A stretch of 64,000 nt of DNA from Amphiscolops sp. MND2022 (taxonomy: Eukaryota), in assembly GCA_964187785.1 (NCBI GenBank), contig OZ076409.1, positions 15,378,001-15,442,000 of the forward strand, in the 5' to 3' direction. The notes under the pieces were generated by a model that was not told the DNA's origin, did no database searches, and saw only the letters and a program-made list of their open reading frames with translations. The position numbers were made by a program, and so were the translations under genes. This document shows positions 23,616 to 34,788 of the stretch, one piece after another (position 1 is the first letter of the stretch; each line of letters starts with the position of its first letter).

Positions 23616-24459
23616 GGAAGCTCAATTGCTGACAAGTTGAAGAATGTGCCCAATTGTTCACCAAAAATCAAAACTCAAAAACGAACATACATTTTGACCG
23701 TTTCTTATTTCTACTCTAGTTTGATATCTGAGCTTGAGAGTTAATAATTCTGCTTAACACTAAAAGCCTTTGGATATAGAAACAACCAAAATATAATTGA
23801 TGTGTATGAGTGGGCACATTCTATCAAAATTGTTGCTCTATCGTGACGTTTTGAGTCTTGAGAGAACTGGTTGGAACGAGTTGCTTGACGGAGTTGAAAA
23901 GGAAGAATTAACTTTGCAACGGCAAACAAAGCATGTGTTGCAGTTTAATCATTGAGTGTATAGTCTTGAATAAACCACGCTTGTACCCTGAAGTACTATA
24001 TCTCAATATCTGACCTGACTCATTGGCTAGACAGTACATGTACAGAACTAAATTACATGCATGAAATTCCAGTTCTCCTTTCCGAGTGTCGCGAACTTGA
24101 TACTCCTGCTTTTTCAAGGTTTGACAGCTTCCGTCACACTGTCACGATATGCGCAACATTCTGATGAATTAATGACAGCGTTAAAATGCCACTACACAAT
24201 GATTCATTTCGTTTGAATCTAACGGCGCAATTTCATCATGTACACAAATTTTACTCCTAAGCGTGACCAGCGTTCAGATGAATTTTTGATAGTTCAAACA
24301 TGTCAGTACACAATGATCCAATTTATTTATACCTGACTGCTCAATTTTAATCCTTAATAAATAATTTTTGCTGTCGAGCACTGGCTGACGTTGACAAGGA
24401 AATACTGGTTTGAAGATTATATTCATGCCACATTTCATTCCTCATCAACTATGAAAGCT

Positions 24460-25038
24460 TTACAACGTTTTGGAATTGTCAATCGAAAAATACAAATTAG
24501 TAGTGTCGATGCTTCCGTATCCGTCATTGAGAATGTCTAAGATTCTGTACAAAGTTGCAGCCGATTGGCCTTGAATCAACTGCTGAAATCGGCTAAACGT
24601 GGCAGTCGGTAAGAAACCAGTTTGCACACTTTTGTCTCGTCTGATTTGAACAACAGGAACTTTGCGTCGACCCTGCGCTAGCAAGGTTTTGTTTTCTTTC
24701 ACGTTGTACTTCATTGCAACCTGCAGACGATTCATAATTTCCCCTTGCATGACGAGACTCGAACAATCCTCCAACAATAGACAGAAAGTTGAATAGAGGC
24801 AGGGTACATTGTAACCTTTCCTGTTAGTGGAATCGCACTCAAAAAGAACATGGTAGTGTGGTTGTTTCTCAAAGCCGCAAAGATAATCAGAGGTAAAAGA
24901 ATGAACTCCAAATGCGTAATTTGATCCTGCAGGAATGTCAAGCCCAATCCTTGGTTCCTTTTCTAACACCAGGTACCGAAAATTTTTCCGATGTTGTTTG
25001 AAAAAGTCCGGATGCTGTTCATGCATTGCTTCCACCAT
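24460..25038 (-). CDS. Hypothetical protein, 192 aa, with HUH-like motif PHYHVLF
   Basis: Intact ORF; His-hydrophobic-His followed by three hydrophobic residues; several downstream Tyr. Confidence 0.55.
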   Translation of the reverse strand: MVEAMHEQHPDFFKQHRKNFRYLVLEKEPRIGLDIPAGSNYAFGVHSFTSDYLCGFEKQPHYHVLFECDSTNRKGYNVPCLYSTFCLLLEDCSSLVMQGEIMNRLQVAMKYNVKENKTLLAQGRRKVPVVQIRRDKSVQTGFLPTATFSRFQQLIQGQSAATLYRILDILNDGYGSIDTTNLYFSIDNSKTL

Positions 25039-25981
25039 GTTTTGTCTCCAAAAAAACTGTAGTGGAAAGTTGATACAAATACTTCACATTGACTATAAAA
25101 GAACAAAGAGATGCTTGGATCACGGGTTTTACAGTTGCATGAGTCAACTCGAGTTTGAAGATGCTTGCACATTCTTGAGAAACGCCACCGAAAAGATTCC
25201 TTTACCCAAAAACGTTCAAAAATGGATGTTTTTCGTCAAAGTTGCTATGAAACAAAAAGCTGTGACAAAGTTTTTGGGTAGTTTTTCACGAAGTGTTTTC
25301 AACACCCAATACTATCTCAACAACAAGTAAAAGTCGGATGATGAAACTAATTCAAAAACCTACGAGTTGAAAAAATGTACATATCGAATATATATATTAC
25401 TTCACTGGACTTTAAGATTAAACAGAATCATCACACTAACAAATGAAACAGTGCGGATTAGCTAAATATTGAATATTCCATTAACGTACAGATTTGGAAC
25501 AACGACAGGATTGAATAGAATGAAGCATATTAAAAAGGTAAATCAAGTAATTAATTCAAAGTATGAGAGGTAAGTATTGCATAAAAGGTCGGATACCACA
25601 GGAAGGGGACAACAACACTTCATCAAAAATAAACTCAAATCGATACGTTATAGTATATGGGATAGAGCGTAAATGAGGAGAGGAGAGTATGCAATGGAAA
25701 CAACAACGAAATAAATGATAAAATAACTAATGATAGAAAGGGTAGATTGAAGAAAAGACAAAATCAGGGGCAAACAAAACGAAAGCATCACATCACAGTT
25801 CACATCAAGCAAAAAGCAATTGAGAAGATGGGATGTACCGATGAAAGAAAAATGAAATGAATTCAAAAACATTCGAAAAACCTATTTTATCACACTTCAT
25901 GGATATGAAATCAGATTAAAACTAGGAACCTTAACAAAACTTGTATGCTGTTATTACTTTTGAAATCAGTTGTTCAACTTT

Positions 25982-26365
25982 TCATTCCATCTTATCAGCA
26001 GTTTTTTGTTTCTTGACGTCAGCAGCCCCCGTATAGCTTTGAGCAATCCTCTTTTTGATTTTCTTCTCCGCCGCACTGTCGTCTGATTTGGGAGGGCCCA
26101 TGCTAATGTTTTCTACATTCGCTATCATTTCCTGAAACTCATTGACAGTGAGACCCACTCTCTGTTGCAAGCGAAAGTCATCTTGGTCCTCTTTTTTCTT
26201 GAACAACTTGATGTTGATGTACGTAAGACCACTGTTTTTATAGGTGTTTGTGGTCACGCGGACAAGTCGTTTATCAGATGATGCCACGTCAATATGGGCA
26301 TCTCCAAACTCGAGATCTTTTGAGGATGTGAGAGAGCTGAAAGTCATGGCTGATTTCTGATACAT
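25982..26365 (-). CDS. PC4-like protein, 127 aa (right-arm copy)
   Basis: 2 aa differences from 16939-17322. Confidence 0.65.
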   Translation of the reverse strand: MYQKSAMTFSSLTSSKDLEFGDAHIDVASSDKRLVRVTTNTYKNSGLTYINIKLFKKKEDQDDFRLQQRVGLTVNEFQEMIANVENISMGPPKSDDSAAEKKIKKRIAQSYTGAADVKKQKTADKME

Positions 26366-28656
26366 TTTGACTGGTGATTATGCTTTGCTACCAATGATCT
26401 CAAGACAAACGTCTGAAAAAAATTTAACATGATACTTGAAGTAAACCGAAGCTCAATGGCATTGGACACAACAGAGAACTTGTTGCAGACAAAAGAATGT
26501 TCATCAGGCACAAAATATTAACACCACCGAAATGACGTCCTAGTTTTTTTCATTCACTAAAGTTAATGAATGTTTTGAAACAAGATACTAATGCTTGAAA
26601 CAGAATCGAGACCTCAAAATTCAAAACATTTCCATTCGCTAGTTCATCGTAAACAAATTTAGTATGGATTTTTTGTTGTTTTGATCGAGCAGACCGAATG
26701 CAAGATTGATATTGGATCAATAGATCTCCGAAGTTGTCAATTTCACATTGAATAAATAAAGCGACACGCAGTGTAAACATGAAAGCCACGCCAGTTCTTT
26801 GTATTTATTGATTGTTTATTAAACAGTAGCTTAAATGAGCGTGTCTAGAGTGGCATACAGATCTCCGTAGTTACAAACTCCAGATTGATCAAACAGAACG
26901 ACACGCTGTGTAAACATGAAAGCGACGTCAGCCCTTTGTACTCGTGATTAATTATTAAACAGTGGCTTCAATAGGCGTGTCCCCAGTGGCATTTTTTTTA
27001 ACGTGAGTCAAACAATCTGAAAATAATTAGGCAAAAAGACTCTGTAGAACGCGACGCTGGATAAGCTCAAAAGCGGTACCGACATAGTATGTGTAAATGT
27101 TTAGCACAGCTGTTGAACGTGCCTCAGCCTTTTCAGTGGAGTTATTTCGTACTCAATCTGACTCACTTCAGAGTTGCTTTTATAACTGACAAATGTTGTC
27201 AGTCTCATGTTGTTGAGATTGCATGACTTTTGAAAATAGTAAAATTTAATATTCAAAACTCGGCATTATTTGGCATGTTATTCTCGGCATTAACCGGGAG
27301 ATAATTGGCAGAAAACGTACAGCTTTAAAATTGAACAATGCGTGATAATGTAAAGCTCTAGATATTGGGAAATACTTGCTATGTAGTAATCTAGAGGAGA
27401 AATACAGATGATCTACTTTCCGTGAGCTCTGACCGTTGAGGTTTTGCCATGTGGATTGTATATGATGCTTCAAAAGACATTCCTTGATCCATCGTTTCCT
27501 GCTGGGTAAAAGCTGGGTAAAAGCCCGTATTAGCTCCCAACTACTCAGGGATCAGACTTTGAATTTTTTTAATCTTACGTTTTTCGAAAACGCTTTTTGT
27601 TCCTTTGAAACCTCTTTTTTCCGAAATGACTTTTTTCACTTAGATGAAATTTGGTGCCTCAAAAGATACTATTTGATTCATCGTTTCCATAAATGCTAGA
27701 ATGAAGCCCGTACAAGCTTCCAAATTTTCAAGGAGCACACTTTGAAAGTTTAGGGTTTTGCCATGTGGATTGTATATGATGCTTCTTCAATAGACATTCC
27801 TTGAACCATCGTTTCCTGAAAAGCTGGGTAAAAGCCCGTATCAACTCTCAACCACTCATTGAGCACATTTTGGAATTTTTTACGTTTTTTGAAAACGCTT
27901 CTTGTTCTTTTGAAATCTTTTTTCCGAGATGACTTTTTTCACGTAGATGAAACATGGTGCTTCAAAAGATACTATTTGATTCATCGTTTCCATAAATGCT
28001 AGAATGAAGCCCGTACACGCTTCCAAATTGTCAGGGAACACACTTTGAAAGTTTAGGGTTTTGCCATGTGGATTGTATATGATGCTTCAATAGACATTCC
28101 TTGAACCATCGTTTCCTGAAAAGCTGGGTAAAAGCCCGTATCAACTCTCAACCACTCATTGAGCACATTTTGGAATTTTTTACGTTTTTTGAAAACGCTT
28201 CTTGTTCTTTTGAAATCTTTTTTCCGAGATGACTTTTTTCACGTAGATGAAACATGGTGCTTCAAAAGATACTATTTGATTCATCGTTTCCATAAATGCT
28301 AGAATGAAGCACGTACACGCTTCCAAATTGTCAGGGAACACTTCGAAAGTTTTGGAAAAGTTTTAGAAAGTTTTTGAACCTTGCAAAATTGTTTTTTTCC
28401 GAGACGGGTTTCAGCATTTGGAACGTATATGGAGCTTTAAAAGACGCTTCTTGATTCATCGTTTCCAGAAATGCTGGGGTGAAGCCCGTACTTGCTTCCA
28501 AATTTTCAGGGAGCACACTTTGAAATTTTTGATTTTAATTGTTTTGATCTTTGAAAAATCGTTTTTCCCGAAGATGGGTTTTACCATTTGAATCGCATAT
28601 GGCACTTCAAAAGATACTTTTGGTGCATCGTTACCGGTCTATCTTTTGATGCATCT

Positions 28657-29155
28657 CTCTCAATATACAGAACCATACTTTATGTCTAATATAGCCAAGA
28701 TTCAACGAAATCGGTCGTATAGGGCTGATAATCAATTCATCTTTCAATATACAGTACCATACTATAAGTCTAAAGTAGCTAAGATTCGATGACCACGGTC
28801 GTATACGGCGGTTATTCAACCTATCTTTCAATATATAGGACTATACTCTAGGTCTAAAGTAGTTAAGAAGCGATGAACACGGTCGTATAGGATTGATATT
28901 CAACCTATCTTTCAATCTACAGGACTATACTATAGGTCTAAAGTAGCTAAGAATCGATGAACACAGTCGTATAGGAATGATATTCAACCTATCTTTCAAT
29001 CTACAGGACTATACTATAGGTCTAAAGTAGCTAAGAATTGATGAACACAGTCGTATAGGACTGATATTCAATCTATCTTTCAATATACACGACCATATTA
29101 TAGGTCCAAAGTAGCTAAAATTCGATGAACACGGTCGTATATGGCTGATATTCAA
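28657..29155 (-). repeat. 84-bp minisatellite (right arm)
   Basis: Mirror of 14449-14947. Confidence 0.9.
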
Positions 29156-29448
29156 TTTTTTCATGAACACTGGAAGCAATTACTATAGTTATCCTTGTTC
29201 GATAAGTCTGTTTCCATTTCATAAACAACTGCATAAACATGACTTACATAATATTCATGGTCGAAGACAAGCTTTTCAGGGTTATAGAGTTTCAACAAAT
29301 TTACCTTCTTTGCTCAGTATGTATATGTACACAGAGGCGAAGCGGTGCTTCGCAACACATGACGAAGACAACGATTATTTTAATATGCGTATATATATTA
29401 TTTTAATAGCATGCGTATATATTCAACAGTTCAACTTCATTCAATAAC

Positions 29449-29519
29449 GTCCTTATGGCACAGTGGTTAACACTTATGCCGCCCAATCGGGAGGCTGCAG
29501 GTTCGAATCTCTCTGGGGT
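29449..29519 (+). other. tRNA-like / SINE-head segment (right arm)
   Basis: Mirror of 14085-14155. Confidence 0.6.
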
Positions 29520-30636
29520 TTTGGCTTTTCTCTAAAAGGGGCTTATTATGAAGTTGGCTACTGTGGAAAAAAAAACTTTCTTAGCTGGACTGCAATGCAC
29601 ATTGACTTCGTCATGTGCAATAAACACCATAAATTGCTTCATATCAAACTTTGCATAATCCGGCTTTGCATCGATTCATAGTTACTCAGTCAGCGGCATA
29701 AAATGAGTTGACAAGTCATGGGCACTCTTGAATTTGGGTTTCTTATTTCGGATGAATGACTGCCGGTGAAATGAGGTCTACAGAAAAAAACATATCTCTT
29801 AAAATTTGATTTTAGTTGTCTTTCACGGTCAGAAACATGTACCGAATTGTGAAAAAGTTCCAAGTTGATCCGAATGTGTTTCAGATTTTTTTCCATTTTT
29901 GAGATTTTACATGTCCTCAGGAAGTAGTGTTCACGGGGTTTATTTCTAATAACTTAATTTAATTCTTTTCCACGGTCAAAACTTGCTCGAAACTGCTGAA
30001 AAACTCAAGTTGAACCTAGCTGTTTTTTTTTCGTGTTTTGAGATTTTATATGCCCTAAGGAAGTGTTCACAGGGCCCTTCTCCCCTCATTTTTGATGATT
30101 CCACGCTTTTAACAACATTTTTGCACGTTTCGCATCATTCCCGGGTATTTTTGAAAATTTTCAAATTTTTCAATTTTCAAGCATGTAGAGTGGGGGGAGG
30201 GGGGGTGTGTTCATATTTTCGGTAGTTTTTTTGGGTATCTCATGCCAATTATGAGTTTCATCACATTTGTACCCTGACTTCCATTTCCCTGAAGTTCCCC
30301 AGTCGAATCCGGGACTTCAATCAAAAGTCGACTCAGGAGTTTGAAAAACACGTTTTAGGGGTAATTTTGGTCCCTCTTTCCAATGCCGTTGTCCGTTTTT
30401 TGCTATCTGTTCATTTTGACCCCTTTTGCAAAACTGTCACCGAAGTTAAACCACATTTTGTGAAAATAGTAAAAATGACATAACTCAATGAAAATTCAAG
30501 TGATGGCGGCGAAAATTTCAGCATGGGGGTTTTTTTGGACGCTCTTTCCAATGCCGTTGACCGTTTTTTGCTATCTGTTCATTTTGACCCCTTTTGCAAA
30601 ACTGTCACCGAAGTTAAACCACATTTCTGACAAAAA

Positions 30637-30755
30637 AGGCTACAACACCTGGTGTTCCCAAGCGGTCTCCCATCCAAGTACTAACCAGGCCCTATGTTGT
30701 TTAACTTCGGTGATCGGACGAGAACCGGTGCATTCAACATGGTATGGTCGTAGCC
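30637..30755 (-). rRNA. 5S rRNA
   Basis: Consensus copy. Confidence 0.97.
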
Positions 30756-30847
30756 GATCATTATAAAATCAATAGCTTTATATGCTTAACAACAAAATTA
30801 CGTACAATGCTACGAAAATTTTCTCGGTCAAAATACGCGTAACTTTT

Positions 30848-30982
30848 AAGTTAGTGCAGACTAGCTTGTTCCTTGTTCAAAAATTGGGCAGCAGACCACT
30901 TTCGCAGTCTGCTTTCAAATAAAACTTATCAATAGGGTTGGAATACTTACCTATTTAATAAGTTTATCACAACAATTAGGCT
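30848..30982 (-). ncRNA. SL RNA gene, uninterrupted
   Basis: Same architecture as other copies. Confidence 0.85.
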
Positions 30983-31540
30983 AAAAGCAAAGAGTCAATT
31001 TTTGGAGCGCGAGACTCCTATCTGCGGTACGGACTTACCATTACCAGCCAACAACTTGTTTTGAGGAAAAATTCTCATGAAAAGACGACGTTTCAAGTTA
31101 TTGACATCTGATGAAACAAAAATATTCCAGAAAAATTGTGAGAAAGCAAAATTTTGACTCTATTACGAAAATGTATGCTGAAAAGCATAAATTAGTAAGC
31201 TTAAAAATGAAATTCCATGTATTATCAAAAGTCGACTCAGGAGTGTGAAAAACACGTTTTAGGGGTAATTTTGGGCCCTCTTTCCAATGCCGTTGTCCGT
31301 TTTTTGCTATCTGTTCATTTTGACCCCTTTTGCAAAACTGTCACCGAAGTTAAACCACATTTTGTGAAAATAGTAAAAATGACATAACTCAATGAAAATT
31401 CAAGTGATGGCGGCGAAAATTTCAGCATGGGGGTTTTTTTGGACGCTCTTTCCAATGCCGTTGTCCGTTTTCTGCTATCTGTTCATTTTGACCCCTTTTG
31501 CAAAACTGTCACCGAAGTTAAACCACATTTCTGACAAAAA

Positions 31541-31659
31541 AGGCTACAACACCTGGTGTTCCCAAGCGGTCTCCCATCCAAGTACTAACCAGGCCCTATG
31601 TTGTTTAACTTCGGTGATCGGACGAGAACCGGTGCATTCAACATGGTATGGTCGTAGCC
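31541..31659 (-). rRNA. 5S rRNA
   Basis: Consensus copy. Confidence 0.97.
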
Positions 31660-31751
31660 GATCATTGTAAAATCAATAGCTTTATATGCTTAACAACAAA
31701 ATTACGTACAATGATACGAAAATTTTCTCGGTCAAAATACGCGTAACTTTT

Positions 31752-31886
31752 AAGTTAGTGCAGACTAGCTTGTTCCTTGTTCAAAAATTGGGCAGCAGAC
31801 CACTTTCGCAGTCTGCTTTCAAATAAAACTTATCAATAGGGTTGTAATACTTACCTATTTAATAAGTTTATCACAACAATTAGGCT
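31752..31886 (-). ncRNA. SL RNA coding sequence, complete but separated from its upstream region by element A1
   Basis: Exon regenerated by the TSD 31869-31886. Confidence 0.8.
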
Positions 31887-33867
31887 TTTAAAGAATTTAT
31901 TGAAAACTGAGAATTAACAAGTAAAAAGTAATGAAGTCTAAGGTATATGTATAAAATGAGTATATGAGTAACTGAAGTGTTGAAAAAGCTGAAGTATGTA
32001 GATGAAGATGCTTGGTTATGGCATTTTTGAGAAAGCGCCAAAATGGGAATGTTTTTTTTTGGTATGAAGTTAGTATAATGTAGTTTGGAGAATGTATGAA
32101 AAAAAGATGTTTGCTCCTGGAAGGAGTTTGTTCTCAAAACCCGTTTTTTGCATACAGGTTGCCAACAACTAGTGCTCGAAAAGAATTGGGAATTGGGTTG
32201 ATTGATGATGGTATTGTAGAGATTTAGAACTTTAAAATTCCAGTCAAAAAGGTCCGAAATTTTTCAGTTTAGTTTTTGTTTTCATTGTATAAGTTTTCAA
32301 CTGCAGTGAAAACTTGTACAATTTTATTCTCCAGATTAATAGTGTAAATTTGGTGGTTTGTAGCATCATAGAATGGATCAAACTTCCGGATCAATGAGTA
32401 AAATTCAAAATGAGAAGTTAAAATAGTGTTAGAGTCAGAATGTTTCCAGTTTGATTCAGATAAAAGATCTTTGAGTTTTTCTTTCTTCAGTGGTTGTACG
32501 AGTGAAAAGGTCCTTTGAATTTTCTTTTCCTTGTCTAGTGTATTGATGTAGCCAGAAGTTTGTTGGGTTTTGATCACATGTTCTTTTATAGGAGGTATTT
32601 CGTTGAAAATAGTTTCGGGTGCCAGTATTTTGTTTTGTTTCTTTTCCAAAAAGAATGGGTATTCATGATATCCATGCTTTGCCGTTGACTGTTGGTCATC
32701 TGCTTGATTTCGGGCAAGGTCTGTTGAGGATTCCCATTCAGTTGAGCGATGCATTAGTTTAGGTTTTTGCATAGGAATGGTATCTTTCTTTGAGTTGTTA
32801 ATGCATGGTTGTTCAGTTTCTGCCACGTTGTTATTGCATTCGGTTTCAGTACCATCATCGGTCTGCTTTGGCGCCTTTGAGATTGGTTCAGCATCATCTG
32901 AATCTGACAGTTCAGGTTCATTAGACATTGGCTCTGTTTCTGCAGTTTCCATAACGTAGTCAGTTGTTAACTTCTGGTTCTGAGATTCACTGTTTTTCTG
33001 TATTTGCTGTTCGTCTGATAGTTGTTTTGGGCATCTTGATTGTTGATGAGCACTGGGAAGGTTCTCATTGACGCATAAAGAGCATTCGAGGAGTGGGATA
33101 CAGCAACATTTGAAAAAAATGCCACTGGAACTAAACATTTTGTCATATGCATTATTGGCCCAGTTTTGTAGTAAACTTTCCTCATTCTCATTGTCAATTA
33201 AAACTGTAATTCTTGCCTCTCCTGTATAAAAAAGGCTGCTATCAGGAAGTCGTCGTTGTTGATGAAAAATTTTGCTACTAAATTTGAAGTTTTGAAGACC
33301 ACAGCTACTCAAAATATCCTCATCCGTCAGAAAGTGTGGTAGGTTTCGGAAAGATATTGGTAATCTTTTTGGATAGACATTGTTGTTCGGGTTGGAATAA
33401 TTGACAGAATAAGGCCGTATTTTCCGATTGCGAAGAGTAATGCCATCGTGAATAAGAGAGGAAGCTGCATTTTCAAGTTTGTAAGGAATGATCACAGTAA
33501 TACACTTCAAATTGCCTTTGTTGCGTAAAATTGTAGTTTTGAAGATGGTAATTTCATTGGAGTTAAGTCGGTTTTTGACGGCCATAACAGCTTCCACAAA
33601 CATTGAATCCAGTAATTTGCTGTTTTTGAACATTTCAGATGTCAGTGGTAAGGCAAAGTTGATAATAATTGGTAATTTGTCCATATTTGAGTTCGATTTC
33701 GACAAGGAAATAACTGCATTTTTGTAACAATTTTGCTCAACATTTTCATTATGATGTTGATCAAGCTCACTCGTGTTCAAATTAGTCATTACTTTTGCAA
33801 CTTTTGCTGCAAAATTTGCAAGATGGCGCTGTGCAAACAAAGTTTGCAGGCTGACAGAGTAACGCCG
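31887..33867 (-). mobile_element. ORF1-only non-LTR element A, copy 1
   Basis: 18-bp TSD TATCACAACAATTAGGCT at 31869-31886 and 33868-33885; 3' end AATAAATTCTTTAAA; single ORF. Confidence 0.9.
32269..33789 (-). CDS. ORF1-like protein A1 (506 aa from first ATG): RRM-like/zinc knuckle, acidic linker, unassigned C-terminal domain
   Basis: ISFRNLPHFL, FYTGEARI, IPLLECSLC..H....C align by eye with the L1/Tx1 ORF1 at 9243-10292. Confidence 0.85.
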   Translation of the reverse strand: MTNLNTSELDQHHNENVEQNCYKNAVISLSKSNSNMDKLPIIINFALPLTSEMFKNSKLLDSMFVEAVMAVKNRLNSNEITIFKTTILRNKGNLKCITVIIPYKLENAASSLIHDGITLRNRKIRPYSVNYSNPNNNVYPKRLPISFRNLPHFLTDEDILSSCGLQNFKFSSKIFHQQRRLPDSSLFYTGEARITVLIDNENEESLLQNWANNAYDKMFSSSGIFFKCCCIPLLECSLCVNENLPSAHQQSRCPKQLSDEQQIQKNSESQNQKLTTDYVMETAETEPMSNEPELSDSDDAEPISKAPKQTDDGTETECNNNVAETEQPCINNSKKDTIPMQKPKLMHRSTEWESSTDLARNQADDQQSTAKHGYHEYPFFLEKKQNKILAPETIFNEIPPIKEHVIKTQQTSGYINTLDKEKKIQRTFSLVQPLKKEKLKDLLSESNWKHSDSNTILTSHFEFYSLIRKFDPFYDATNHQIYTINLENKIVQVFTAVENLYNENKN

Positions 33868-34442
33868 TATCACAACAATTAGGCTAAAAGCAAAGAGTCA
33901 ATTTTTGGAGCGCGAGACTCCTATCTGCGGTACGGACTTGCCATTACCAGCCAACAACTTGTTTTGAGGAGAAATTCTCTTGAAAAGACGACGTTTCAAG
34001 TTATTGACATCTGATGAAACAAAAATATTCCAGAAAAATTGTGAGAAAGCAAAATTTTGACTCTATTACGAAAATGTCTGCTGAAAAGCATAAATTAGTA
34101 AGCTTAAAAATGAAATTCCATGTATTATCAAAAGTCGACTCAGGAGTGTGAAAACACGTTTTAGGGGTAAGTTTGGGCCCTCTTTCCAATGCCGTTGTCC
34201 GTTTTTTGCTATCTGTTCATTTTGACCCCTTTTGCAAAACTGTCACCGAAGTTAAACCACATTTTGTGAAAATAGTAAAAATGACATAACTCAATGAAAA
34301 TTCAAGTGATGGCGGCGAAAATTTCAGCATGGGGGTTTTTTTGGACGCTCTTTCCAATGCCGTTGTCCGTTTTTTGCTATCTGTTCATTTTGACCCCTTT
34401 TGCGAAACTGTCACCGAAGTTAAACCACATTTCTGACAAAAA

Positions 34443-34561
34443 AGGCTACAACACCTGGTGTTCCCAAGCGGTCTCCCATCCAAGTACTAACCAGGCCCTA
34501 TGTTGTTTAAATTCGGTGATCGGACGAGAACCGGTGCATTCAACATGGTATGGTCGTAGCC
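34443..34561 (-). rRNA. 5S rRNA (1 substitution in box A region)
   Basis: 119-nt match; tttaaattcgg variant. Confidence 0.95.
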
Positions 34562-34653
34562 GATCATTGTAAAATCAATAGCTTTATATGCTTAACAACA
34601 AAATTACGTACAATGATACGAAAATTTTCTCGGTCAAAATACGCGTAACTTTT

Positions 34654-34788
34654 AAGTTAGTGCAGACTAGCTTGTTCCTTGTTCAAAAATTGGGCAGCAG
34701 ACCACTTTCGCAGTCTGCTTTCAAATAAAACTTATCAATAGGGTTGGAATACTTACCTATTTAATAAGTTTATCACAACATTTAGGCT
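34654..34788 (-). ncRNA. SL RNA coding sequence downstream of A2
   Basis: Same architecture, 1 substitution in the exon. Confidence 0.8.

Larger units (their letters stand above)
22201..30317 (-). repeat. Right arm of giant inverted repeat (more intact copy)
   Basis: Reverse complement of the left arm, plus 433 bp (24212-24650 region) and one extra ~303-bp tandem unit (~27736-28340). Confidence 0.95.
13208..30319. mobile_element. 17.1-kb palindromic (foldback-like) DNA insertion with giant inverted arms; class uncertain (Helentron/Helitron2-like asymmetric ends)
   Basis: It interrupts spacer ccatgta[tt]atcaaaag with loss of TT and no TSD. Arms 13275-20669 and 22201-30317 are near-identical reverse complements. 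Confidence 0.8.

Noticed and set aside
31880..32137. 85-aa second ORF in the element A 3' region
   Set aside because: No ATG start, frame broken in copies A5-A7 and not preserved in B; treated as 3'UTR.
33790..33873. 534-aa ORF start given by the ORF track
   Set aside because: Starts at a GTG inside the TSD/SL sequence; the first ATG at 33789 (506 aa) is preferred.
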